Positions 10,947 to 19,598 of a DNA stretch of 32,000 bases are shown one piece after another. Position numbers and translations under genes: made by a program. The DNA is from Schaalia meyeri. GTDB lineage: Bacteria; Actinomycetota; Actinomycetes; Actinomycetales; Actinomycetaceae. The notes beneath the pieces are model-generated. The model was not told the origin of the DNA. It saw nothing but the letters and a program-made list of their open reading frames with translations, and did not search any database. The stretch covers positions 300,001 to 332,000 of the forward strand of contig NZ_FNLK01000012.1 of assembly GCF_900105015.1 (NCBI RefSeq). The letters are read 5' to 3'. Within the stretch, counting starts at the first letter, position 1; the number at the start of each line of letters is the position of its first letter.

Positions 10947-12134
10947 CTATACCGACACCGGCTTGTGCGCCTTCGATGCGCGGCTTAGCCGCCCGAGTGC
11001 CAGCCGGGTGCCCGCCACCCCGGCGAGCACCAGGAACGCGATGGTGACGCCGGCCAGGGGAAGGGCCCTGCCAGGAGTGGTCAGCGCCTCATAGATCGGC
11101 GCGTCGCCCAGCAGCGGGAGCAGCGCCGCCGCGCTCAGCACTCCCGCGCAGGCCCCCGCCGAGTGGATAAGCAACGACTCATGCATCATGACACGGTTGA
11201 TCTTTGTCCGCGAGGCCCCAATTGACCGCCACACGTACAGTTCTCGTTGGCGCTCATTCATCAGCGTGAACTGGGCGACGATGAGCGCCGCCATCAGGAC
11301 GAGCCAGGATACGCCCAGCACACCGACGGTGATTCCACGATGCGATCGGATATTCGATGCGGTGTCCACCAGGGCCGCCTCGCTCCTGACGGCGGTTACT
11401 TTCCGCACGTAGAGATTGATCCAGTTTGTCACGCTCTGGACGCTCTCTTTGTCGGCGACCCGGACGAGGACCGCCGAATAGTCGCGATCCGGGCGGAGGG
11501 AGGCGTAGGTGTCCACCCCCGCATCGACCGAATCTTGGATGATGTCGCTCAGGGTGTCCATGCTGACGAACACGGCGTTATCCAGCTGCGACCCGGTTTC
11601 CATCAGGTGCGCCGCGATCGGCCGCTGCCTGTGAAAGAGGGCGACCGTACCGTTGTGGCTCTCCTGGACCTTGCTGCCGACAGCCAGGCTGCCCCGGGGC
11701 AGTTCCGTGCCCCTCTGGCTCATCCAGGGAGACAAAACAAAGTCTGTTGCCGGATCGAAGCCGACGATCCAGAGGGGTTCGCCGCTGGGCAGGGTGTCCG
11801 CGACGTAGAGCTGGTGGGAAATCGCTTCGATGTCCTGGTTGTCATCCATTCGCGACAGGGTTGATCGCTCCTGGCGGCATTGGACGGGGGTGCCGAGCAT
11901 CAGCAGGCGTTCCTTCTCAACCTGGTTCAAACAGGTCGTCGGGTACACCACGACATCGGCGCCAAGCCTTTGTTCGGCGAGCAAGAGTTCGTGCCGCATG
12001 CCGTCGATCAGAATGAGGCCACCGAACACGCAGGCAGCCTGGGCGAGGGCAAGGATCAGGATGATTCCCGCCCGGATGGGATGCGCTCGGATGTTTTTCA
12101 TCGGAACGCGACGCAGCGAGAGCCCGCGCGTCAT
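10947..12134 (-). CDS. FtsX/MacB-type ABC permease, paralog 2
   Basis: Same architecture as 9710-10918, with shared motifs RLGADVVVYP, IVGFDPATDF and GSQLDNAVFVSMDTL. The start is trimmed to ATG 12134, which overlaps the upstream stop as ATGA. Confidence 0.85.
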   Translation of the reverse strand: MTRGLSLRRVPMKNIRAHPIRAGIILILALAQAACVFGGLILIDGMRHELLLAEQRLGADVVVYPTTCLNQVEKERLLMLGTPVQCRQERSTLSRMDDNQDIEAISHQLYVADTLPSGEPLWIVGFDPATDFVLSPWMSQRGTELPRGSLAVGSKVQESHNGTVALFHRQRPIAAHLMETGSQLDNAVFVSMDTLSDIIQDSVDAGVDTYASLRPDRDYSAVLVRVADKESVQSVTNWINLYVRKVTAVRSEAALVDTASNIRSHRGITVGVLGVSWLVLMAALIVAQFTLMNERQRELYVWRSIGASRTKINRVMMHESLLIHSAGACAGVLSAAALLPLLGDAPIYEALTTPGRALPLAGVTIAFLVLAGVAGTRLALGRLSRASKAHKPVSV

Positions 12135-13006
12135 TGCTGGCCCTCGCCGACCTTGGCGATGGTGATCCACAGCGCGGGGCGCACCCCGTACCGCGCATCA
12201 ACGTTTGCCCCGCTGGCAACCGGAGCGCCCGAGGTGTTAACGAACTGCGCGGCGAACCCGTAGGTGCCGGGTGAGCGCAGCCACCAGTCCGCCATGCCAT
12301 CGTCGTTGACTGACAGGGCACCCGCCAACGCGTATTGTGTCGCGGGCGCGGCGCCGATATCGGATCGTTTCTCCCGGTTATTTAAGTATATGATGGTATC
12401 TGTCTCGCTGAGCGCAAACACGCGATCATCCGTGGCCGCACCCCCCTGCGCTCCGGTGACGGACTGATCGTCATTCTCGTTGCGCACGGTGCGAACAAGG
12501 CGCTGCTGGGCGGGGCTGAATGCCTCGTCGAAAAAGGAACCATTCATCCACGCACGCAGGTCGCTGTTCTCCCACGTGACGTTCGTAAACGGTACGTGGT
12601 GGTACTGCCGCCCCTCCAGGCAATCGGCGCTGAGCAGGAGCAGCTGGTCGCCGATCTTGTCCAGGACGATCCACTGTATTGGTTCTCGCCCATCACTCGT
12701 GTCATTGTCCTGCTCATAGGACCCGAAGGCAACGGTGTCCCCCTTCGCCGCGGATCGGTAGGGGAGCGCCGGATCAGCCTCGACGAGCCCCTGCGCGCGC
12801 TCCGAGGAGTCAGCGTAGCCAAGCGCGCTGAAAATCTCGTAGGCCCGCTCTGTTTCTCCGGCCTCACTCAGGCGGATCGCCTCTTGGTAGCGCATCCGCC
12901 TGTGATAGCTGGTGACCAGGAACGCAAAAGCCAGCACGAGCACAACCGCCGCGACGACGACGGTTTTCCTGCGCAGAAGGGTCATGACCGCGCCGCCTGG
13001 CCTCAC
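12131..13006 (-). CDS. membrane-anchored DUF6273-like extracytoplasmic protein
   Basis: It has an N-terminal TM anchor (TVVVAAVVLVLAFAFLVTSY). The ectodomain carries motifs I associate with DUF6273: IQWIVLDK...LLLLSADCL, TWENSDLRAWMNGSFFDEAF, RVFALSETD, WWLRSPG and VRPALWI. The start is GTG 13006 or ATG 12985. Confidence 0.7.
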   Translation of the reverse strand: MRPGGAVMTLLRRKTVVVAAVVLVLAFAFLVTSYHRRMRYQEAIRLSEAGETERAYEIFSALGYADSSERAQGLVEADPALPYRSAAKGDTVAFGSYEQDNDTSDGREPIQWIVLDKIGDQLLLLSADCLEGRQYHHVPFTNVTWENSDLRAWMNGSFFDEAFSPAQQRLVRTVRNENDDQSVTGAQGGAATDDRVFALSETDTIIYLNNREKRSDIGAAPATQYALAGALSVNDDGMADWWLRSPGTYGFAAQFVNTSGAPVASGANVDARYGVRPALWITIAKVGEGQQ

Positions 13007-13019
13007 CTGGGGGGACGGC

Positions 13020-13445
13020 TCAGGCTGAGGCAGTTTTGGCCTTCCTCAGCGAGCTGACCAGGGAGGCGAGGCCGGCTCCTGCGGTCAAGACGGACATGAC
13101 CCTCACGAAAGGCTGGAAGACCGTGTAGCAACGCATGGTCTGCATCATGCACATCGGGCATATGAGGCCGGGAATAAAGAAAACAACGACGCTGCCGATG
13201 ATCGCGATTGCCTGCATGGCGACCCTGAGGGACCGGTTCTTGACAAACGCCGTGGCACCGAAGAGGACCGCGAGCCCGCCCGCACTGGCTGCCACCGTAT
13301 TTTGGCAGTGGTGGCACTGCATCCAGCTTCCATCCGGCTTTTGATCGCACGCGGCAAACACGGACACGCTTCCGGCGAGCAGCAGCGCGCTGAGGGCTGC
13401 GGGGACCAGCGGTATGATGATGTCCTTCTTTGGCACGGAGACCAT
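13020..13445 (-). CDS. DUF4418-like four-TM membrane protein with six conserved-pattern cysteines
   Basis: About 141 aa with four hydrophobic segments. The Cys pattern is C-x10-C-H-H-C after TM1 and C-P-M-C-x6-C at the end of TM3. Size and pattern match my recollection of DUF4418. The start is ambiguous (TTG 13454, ATG 13445 or GTG 13436). Confidence 0.65.
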   Translation of the reverse strand: MVSVPKKDIIIPLVPAALSALLLAGSVSVFAACDQKPDGSWMQCHHCQNTVAASAGGLAVLFGATAFVKNRSLRVAMQAIAIIGSVVVFFIPGLICPMCMMQTMRCYTVFQPFVRVMSVLTAGAGLASLVSSLRKAKTASA

Positions 13446-13485
13446 TCCTAACAAACGCGCGTGTATTGACGAACTTGACGAAGGT

Positions 13486-13515
13486 AATATAGGCCTTACC
13501 TTGTTGGCGTGTCAA
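13486..13515 (-). promoter_or_regulatory. candidate sigma-70-type promoter of the ABC/DUF operon: TTGACA-N18-TATATT
   Basis: On the minus strand, TTGACA lies at 13515-13510 and TATATT at 13491-13486, with an 18-nt spacer. It sits about 35-45 nt upstream of the first gene start. Confidence 0.45.
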
Positions 13516-13666
13516 CGGTCTTGATGGCGCGAGCTGCGCCGCTTTGGCCCCATCCGGGGCGGTCACTAAAAGGGCGCAAGGAGATGCGAGGCGATCCGCG
13601 AAACCCCTACCCACGGCCCCCCGTCAGGCATAAGATTGACCCATCCCACCCAAGTGAGGTGCAATC

Positions 13667-15148
13667 ATGAACAGGATCCACATCCCCTTCCTCCGCTGCA
13701 TCGGCGCATCGGCGGCCGTGATCGCATGCATCGGCCTGTCCCCCCTGGCCGCGATGGCCCACAGCCCGGGCGACGGGTCGACGACCGGCGAAGCGCCGGT
13801 GAGCACGGCGAACGCCCCGGCCCCCGGCGACGAGCCCGGCCAGCCCACCCCCTCGACGCAGAGCAATGACCCGGCGCGGGAGGAGCCGCGAGGCCAGGAC
13901 GCGCAGACCCCGGACCGAGGCGATACCACGAAGGCCGGGGACACCGGCGCGCAGACCCCGGCCGAGCCCGGCGACGAGGCAATCGACCCGGCCCCTGCCC
14001 CATCTGAGCAGAACGGGGAGTCTGAGCCGCCGCCCGCGGTCACCGGGAAGTGGGTGCGCCACGCCGCCGGGTGGCGCTACGAGCTCTCGGACGGCACATG
14101 GATGAAAAACGGCGTGTTCAACGTGGATGGGGGCCGCTACGCCTTCACCGCCGACGGGTATGTCCCGGTCGGCTGGTACGAGAGCCCGGAGCGCGTGTGG
14201 TACGTGTCGACCGAGAACGGCGTGCGCACCGGCTGGTATCAAGAGGGCGCCTCCTGGTACTACCTGGACTCTAGCGGCGCGATGGCCACCGGCTGGCTCC
14301 CCTCTGGCGCCGCCTGGTACTACTTCTCCCCCACCGGCGCGATGGTCACCGGCTGGTATCAAGAGGGCGCCTCCTGGTACCACTTCGAGCCCTCGGGCGC
14401 GATGGCGGCGTCGAAGTGGGTCTGGTCGGGCGCCTGGTACTACCTGACGGGCAGCGGGGCGATGGCCACGGGCTGGTTCATCGCGGATGGCACGTGGTAT
14501 TACGCGGGCCCCACCGGCGCGATGACCACCGGCTGGGTCAACACCGACGGTTCCTGGTACTACCTGCTACCCTCCGGGGCATTGGCCTCCGGGTGGATAC
14601 AGGACGGGGGCGGCGGCTGGTACTACCTGGACCCCGACCACGGCAGCGCGATGGTCTCCGGCGGATGGGTCATGGTCGGCGGCAAGTGGAACTACTTCGA
14701 CCGTTGGAAGGGGTTCTGGGTGACGGATCGCGCTGACTTCGAGGCGGACTGGAACTATGCGAAAACGTTGTACAGCCCCACGAACTACCTGGTGGTCGTG
14801 GACACCGGCGCCCCGCACTGCATGACGTTCTACTGGGGCGACGGCTCCTGGCAGCCGCTGACCGACATGCCGTGCTCGGTCGGTAAGCCGTCAACCCCCA
14901 CGATCAAGGGGACCTTCACCATCAAGAGCCGCGGCCCGTCATTCGGGCACGGGTACACGGCGTATTGGTGGACCCAGTTCTCGGGCGACTACCTGTTCCA
15001 CTCGGTCCTGTACTACCAGGGGACCTACACGGTGATGGACGGAACGCTGGGCGGGCACGTCTCCCACGGGTGCGTGCGCCTGCGCTACGAGGACGCGAAG
15101 TGGTTCCACGACACGATTCCCTCGGGGACCTACGTGACGATCTACTGA
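13667..15148 (+). CDS. secreted L,D-transpeptidase (YkuD domain) with N-terminal cell-wall-binding (choline/glucan-binding type) repeats
   Basis: It has a signal peptide (MNRIHIPFLRCIGASAAVIACIGLSPLAAMA) and a Pro/Asp/Glu-rich linker. About nine 20-aa repeats of the form GW..-.-.WYY....GAM.TGW follow. The C-terminal catalytic motif is HSVLY...GGHVSHGCVRL. SD GAGGTG lies 6 nt upstream of the ATG. Confidence 0.88.
   Translation: MNRIHIPFLRCIGASAAVIACIGLSPLAAMAHSPGDGSTTGEAPVSTANAPAPGDEPGQPTPSTQSNDPAREEPRGQDAQTPDRGDTTKAGDTGAQTPAEPGDEAIDPAPAPSEQNGESEPPPAVTGKWVRHAAGWRYELSDGTWMKNGVFNVDGGRYAFTADGYVPVGWYESPERVWYVSTENGVRTGWYQEGASWYYLDSSGAMATGWLPSGAAWYYFSPTGAMVTGWYQEGASWYHFEPSGAMAASKWVWSGAWYYLTGSGAMATGWFIADGTWYYAGPTGAMTTGWVNTDGSWYYLLPSGALASGWIQDGGGGWYYLDPDHGSAMVSGGWVMVGGKWNYFDRWKGFWVTDRADFEADWNYAKTLYSPTNYLVVVDTGAPHCMTFYWGDGSWQPLTDMPCSVGKPSTPTIKGTFTIKSRGPSFGHGYTAYWWTQFSGDYLFHSVLYYQGTYTVMDGTLGGHVSHGCVRLRYEDAKWFHDTIPSGTYVTIY
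14045..14698 (+). repeat. in-frame 60-bp periodic coding repeats (cell-wall-binding repeat array)
   Basis: The repeats line up in register with the 60-nt sequence lines. A perfect 34-nt duplicate, caccggctggtatcaagagggcgcctcctggtac, occurs at 14227-14260 and 14347-14380. Confidence 0.9.
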
Positions 15149-15156
15149 TCCACCAC

Positions 15157-15204
15157 GAGGCGGGGGATGGCCACCCGGGTTTCCTCCGGGCCAGCCCCCG
15201 CCTC
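15157..15204 (+). terminator. hairpin downstream of the L,D-transpeptidase gene
   Basis: The outer stem is 10 bp, gaggcggggg (15157-15166) / cccccgcctc (15195-15204), and encloses an inner cccggg..ccggg hairpin. It is followed by gttgtcg. Confidence 0.5.
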
Positions 15205-15234
15205 GTTGTCGCTGGAATTAATTGCGCGAAAATG

Positions 15235-15261
15235 CCCCGGGACTCCGCTGGAGTCCCGGGG
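15235..15261 (-). terminator. rho-independent terminator after tRNA-Ser(GCU)
   Basis: Perfect 12-bp stem ccccgggactcc/ggagtcccgggg with a 3-nt loop. On the minus strand it is followed by cattttcgcgcaattaatt. Confidence 0.65.
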
Positions 15262-15264
15262 CGA

Positions 15265-15358
15265 TGGGCGGAGACGGCGGGATTTGAACCCGCGAGGGGC
15301 TATGCACCCCTACCTCCTTAGCAGGGAGGCGCACTCGACCGGACTATGCGACGTCTCC
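15265..15358 (-). tRNA. tRNA-Ser (anticodon GCU), CCA encoded
   Basis: The reverse complement is ggagacgtcgcatagtccggtcgagtgcgcctccctGCTaaggagg...long variable arm...cgcgggttcaaatcccgccgtctccgcca. It has a type II long variable arm and a canonical T-loop. Confidence 0.88.
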
Positions 15359-15438
15359 AGTGCCGACTACTCTAGGACATTTTTGCCTCACGCGCGAGAT
15401 TGCGCCCGAAGCGGCAGCCGCTCAAGCCGTCGGCCCGG

Positions 15439-15525
15439 CGGAGGGCGAGGGATTCGAACCCCCGGTGCCATTGCTGACACAACGGTTTTCAAGACCGTCT
15501 CTTTCGGCCACTCAGACAGCCCTCC
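15439..15525 (-). tRNA. tRNA-Ser (anticodon UGA)
   Basis: The reverse complement is ggagggctgtctgagtggccgaaagagacggtctTGAaaaccgt...long variable arm...ccgggggttcgaatccctcgccctccg. CCA is not encoded. Confidence 0.88.
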
Positions 15526-15544
15526 CGACCCGGATCATCCTACA

Positions 15545-15588
15545 GGAATGGGGCGGCGTGCGCGACCCTCCGCACGCCGCTCCATTCC
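15545..15588 (-). terminator. 18-bp hairpin between the epimerase gene and tRNA-Ser(UGA)
   Basis: The arms are ggaatggggcggcgtgcg (15545-15562) and cgcacgccgctccattcc (15571-15588), with one mismatch and an 8-nt loop. It lies immediately downstream of the 15613 stop on the minus strand. Confidence 0.5.
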
Positions 15589-15612
15589 CGTTCTCAGCTC
15601 ATCGCCTCGGCA

Positions 15613-16953
15613 TCAGTCCCGCAGGCCAAAGAAGTTCCAGGACTTCTTATCGGGCACCGGTTCTTCGGGGTGGTCGAGCAGCCCCCGCGACAGGGCGGAG
15701 GCGGTCGGTGGCCACAGCGGGACGCGCAGGGCGAGCATCGCCTGGACGCCGTGGTAGACGTCCCAGCGGGAGGATTTGGCGGGTGTGACCACCTCGTTGC
15801 GCGGACCGAGGCGTCGGATCCAGCGGCCGGGCTGGGTGATCAGGTAGTCGTTGACGTAGTCGACGAATGAGCGGTAGCAGTGCTCGAAGTGCTCGACGTC
15901 TCCGGGCCCCGCCCCGTCGTCGAGGAGCGCCCGGCGCAGGGCGACGGCCGCGCAGATGCCCTCGCACGCGATCCATTGCTGGTGCTCGTCCTCGCCGGGT
16001 ATCGGCTTCTCATCCTCGCCGATCCCGGTGGCGAAACCCGGGCACCCATCGGTGCGGCGCCACCCGTCGAAGCGCGCGCGTTCGAAGAGCTCGGTGCTCA
16101 TCTCCATCAGGTACTCCGGCACCTTCCAGCCGGTGGAGCGATCCCCCGCGCGAATCTGCAGGGCAAAGCGCGCCCACTGCAGGGAGCGTCCGGTCACGTA
16201 CCCGGTGTAGACGCGGCGGCCGTCCGTCAGCAGGTTGCCCGCCTGAGGCTCAATCTCCCATTCGGGCGTGAAGTACTCGGGCAGCCGCCAGTTGTTCCTC
16301 TTGGCCACCGAGTGGGTAAACTTCGCGATCTTCTCGGCGCGGTCCAGCCATTCGGGCTCCGTGGTGGCCTCGGCAGCCGCCATGTATGCCTCGGCGGTGT
16401 GGACCAAAACCGCCATGGAGCGCACGGGCGGGCACTCGGTGAACGCCTCGTCGTACTGGTCGCGCAGCAGGTCGTATTCGTCGATCCAGTGTTCCTTCTG
16501 TTCCTCCAGCAGGCGACCCAGTAGCTCGTGGGCGCCCGGGCGGTTGGCGACCGCCGCCGCGGCCGCGCCCAGGATGGCGAAGGCGTTGTGATACTGGGAC
16601 TTGACGCGCCCCGCCTCGTCCCAGGGGACCCCGTGCCCATCGGCGCCGACCTCGGGCTTGATGGAGATCCACTGGCCGCCGTGGATCGGGTCGGGAAAGT
16701 ACTTCGTCAGGGCGTTGACGGCGTGATCGGCGTACCTGCGCGAGCCGGGAAGCCCCATGAGCACGCCCAGGGAGAACACGTAAGCCATGCGCCCGGTGAC
16801 CGCCAGGTCGATGGGCCTGGTGGGATCCGCTCTCCCTTCCGTGTCCAAGTGCGCGAAGCCGGTGGGCACGATCGCGCCCTCCGCCTCGGCAATGAGCGCC
16901 TGCATGTGTGCGCTGAGCCAGCGATTATGTTCGATGGAATCAAACCATCCCAC
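15613..16953 (-). CDS. AGE-family epimerase/isomerase (N-acylglucosamine 2-epimerase superfamily)
   Basis: 446 aa with the feel of alpha/alpha-barrel repeats (GRMAYVFSLGVLMG, QYHNAFAILGAAAA, LVHTAEAYMAAAE, GRSLQWARFAL). GTG start with AGGAGGA upstream. The family call comes from recalled motif patterns only. Confidence 0.65.
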   Translation of the reverse strand: MGWFDSIEHNRWLSAHMQALIAEAEGAIVPTGFAHLDTEGRADPTRPIDLAVTGRMAYVFSLGVLMGLPGSRRYADHAVNALTKYFPDPIHGGQWISIKPEVGADGHGVPWDEAGRVKSQYHNAFAILGAAAAAVANRPGAHELLGRLLEEQKEHWIDEYDLLRDQYDEAFTECPPVRSMAVLVHTAEAYMAAAEATTEPEWLDRAEKIAKFTHSVAKRNNWRLPEYFTPEWEIEPQAGNLLTDGRRVYTGYVTGRSLQWARFALQIRAGDRSTGWKVPEYLMEMSTELFERARFDGWRRTDGCPGFATGIGEDEKPIPGEDEHQQWIACEGICAAVALRRALLDDGAGPGDVEHFEHCYRSFVDYVNDYLITQPGRWIRRLGPRNEVVTPAKSSRWDVYHGVQAMLALRVPLWPPTASALSRGLLDHPEEPVPDKKSWNFFGLRD

Positions 16954-17200
16954 GTTGTCCTCCTGACGACACTGTCACGGTCTGCGGTGACCGGCGTCTC
17001 ACAGGATAGTCGCTTAGCTCGCGTTTTGGAATACGGGCACGCGCGGGCACGTCGTTGACCGACGAAGTGGGCGCCGCCCACATCCAACACCCGTGGCTGC
17101 GCGCGGGTCGATCCCCGACCAGCCACGAGAGGGCACAGGAGCGTTTCACGCCGTGGGACGGCCCTACACACAAACGAGCGAGACGTGTAACACTGGGCTT

Positions 17201-18877
<1,677 letters not shown>

Positions 18878-18890
18878 CCTTTGCACAGAC

Positions 18891-18932
18891 GACGGGTCGG
18901 GGTCGGCGCAGTCGCGCCGACCCCGACCCGTC
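18891..18932. terminator. perfect 19-bp hairpin, probable bidirectional terminator between convergent genes
   Basis: gacgggtcggggtcggcgc (18891-18909), loop agtc, gcgccgaccccgacccgtc (18914-18932). It lies between the pgm stop (18877) and the stop of the 19023-19394 gene. Confidence 0.7.
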
Positions 18933-19022
18933 TGTTAGTCCGCCCCCACGGGAGCCTCCGGTGCCGCCGGGGGGGCTACGCCTGCCTGGTCGGCGGCGTG
19001 CGCACCGACCGGTGCGCACGCA

Positions 19023-19394
19023 TCATTTCGCGGACTTTTCACCCAACGCAGCGCGGATGTCGCCGATGCCAGCCCCCTGGGCGCCCCCGCCGCGGAGCCC
19101 GTCCATGATGGAGCCGATGAGCCGACCGTTTTCTTCCTCGGCGGCCCTGAAGTCGCGCTCAGCCGCATCGAGCGAGTCGGCGTTCGCCTCCAGGCTTGCC
19201 CCGGCCTTCACGCTCCGATCGGCATTTTTCTCCTCGACTCCCTGCATCTGTGACGACAGGGAGGTGCCGGGCATTGCGGAGGCAAAGGCCTTTGCCCCTC
19301 CCTCCGGGCGCGCGAAGCGCAGCGCCGCGGAGCTTTCTCGGGAGGCCGACGCGAGGCGGGGGAACTCCCCCGCGACAAATGACAGATCGCTCAT
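19023..19394 (-). CDS. small hypothetical helical protein (weak EspC/DUF2580-like, type VII secretion-target-like pattern)
   Basis: 123 aa starting MSDLSFVAGEF. It is Ala/Glu-rich and reads as a predicted helical hairpin, with no TM helix or signal peptide. The ATG at 19394 is preceded by ggggtgga. The function call is weak pattern recognition only. Confidence 0.5.
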   Translation of the reverse strand: MSDLSFVAGEFPRLASASRESSAALRFARPEGGAKAFASAMPGTSLSSQMQGVEEKNADRSVKAGASLEANADSLDAAERDFRAAEEENGRLIGSIMDGLRGGGAQGAGIGDIRAALGEKSAK

Positions 19395-19598
19395 GATCCA
19401 CCCCATCAAATTTTTGTGAATACTGGCTCATACTCCGCACGATACTACCGGATGGGCACGTCCCCAGCACACATTTGTCCACCAATCGACGCTCGCGCCC
19501 CAAGCTTTCGTCCGCTTACCGAAACCGCCCTCAAACGCCGGAACCACCACAACGCCCGATCGGCCAACCCGCCCGCCGACCGGCGATAAAATGGATGG

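Noticed and set aside
13524-13670. 48-codon upstream ORF ending in ATGA overlap with the transpeptidase start.
   Set aside because: The product is Arg/Pro-rich (MARAAPLWPHPGRSLKGRKEMRGDPRNPYPRPPVRHK...) with no SD. It is best explained as a chance open frame in GC-rich DNA.
13607-14383. 258-aa minus-strand ORF overlapping the start and repeat region of the transpeptidase gene.
   Set aside because: It is the antisense reading of the periodic GW/WYY repeats. Its product is repetitive (PGGALLIPAG...) without start signals, whereas the plus-strand frame has a signal peptide, an SD and a catalytic domain.
14045-14698. The regular 60-bp periodicity could be mistaken for a CRISPR or other non-coding tandem array.
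   Set aside because: The repeats are in-frame, imperfect and contiguous without unique spacers. They translate into a known type of cell-wall-binding repeat within a complete ORF.
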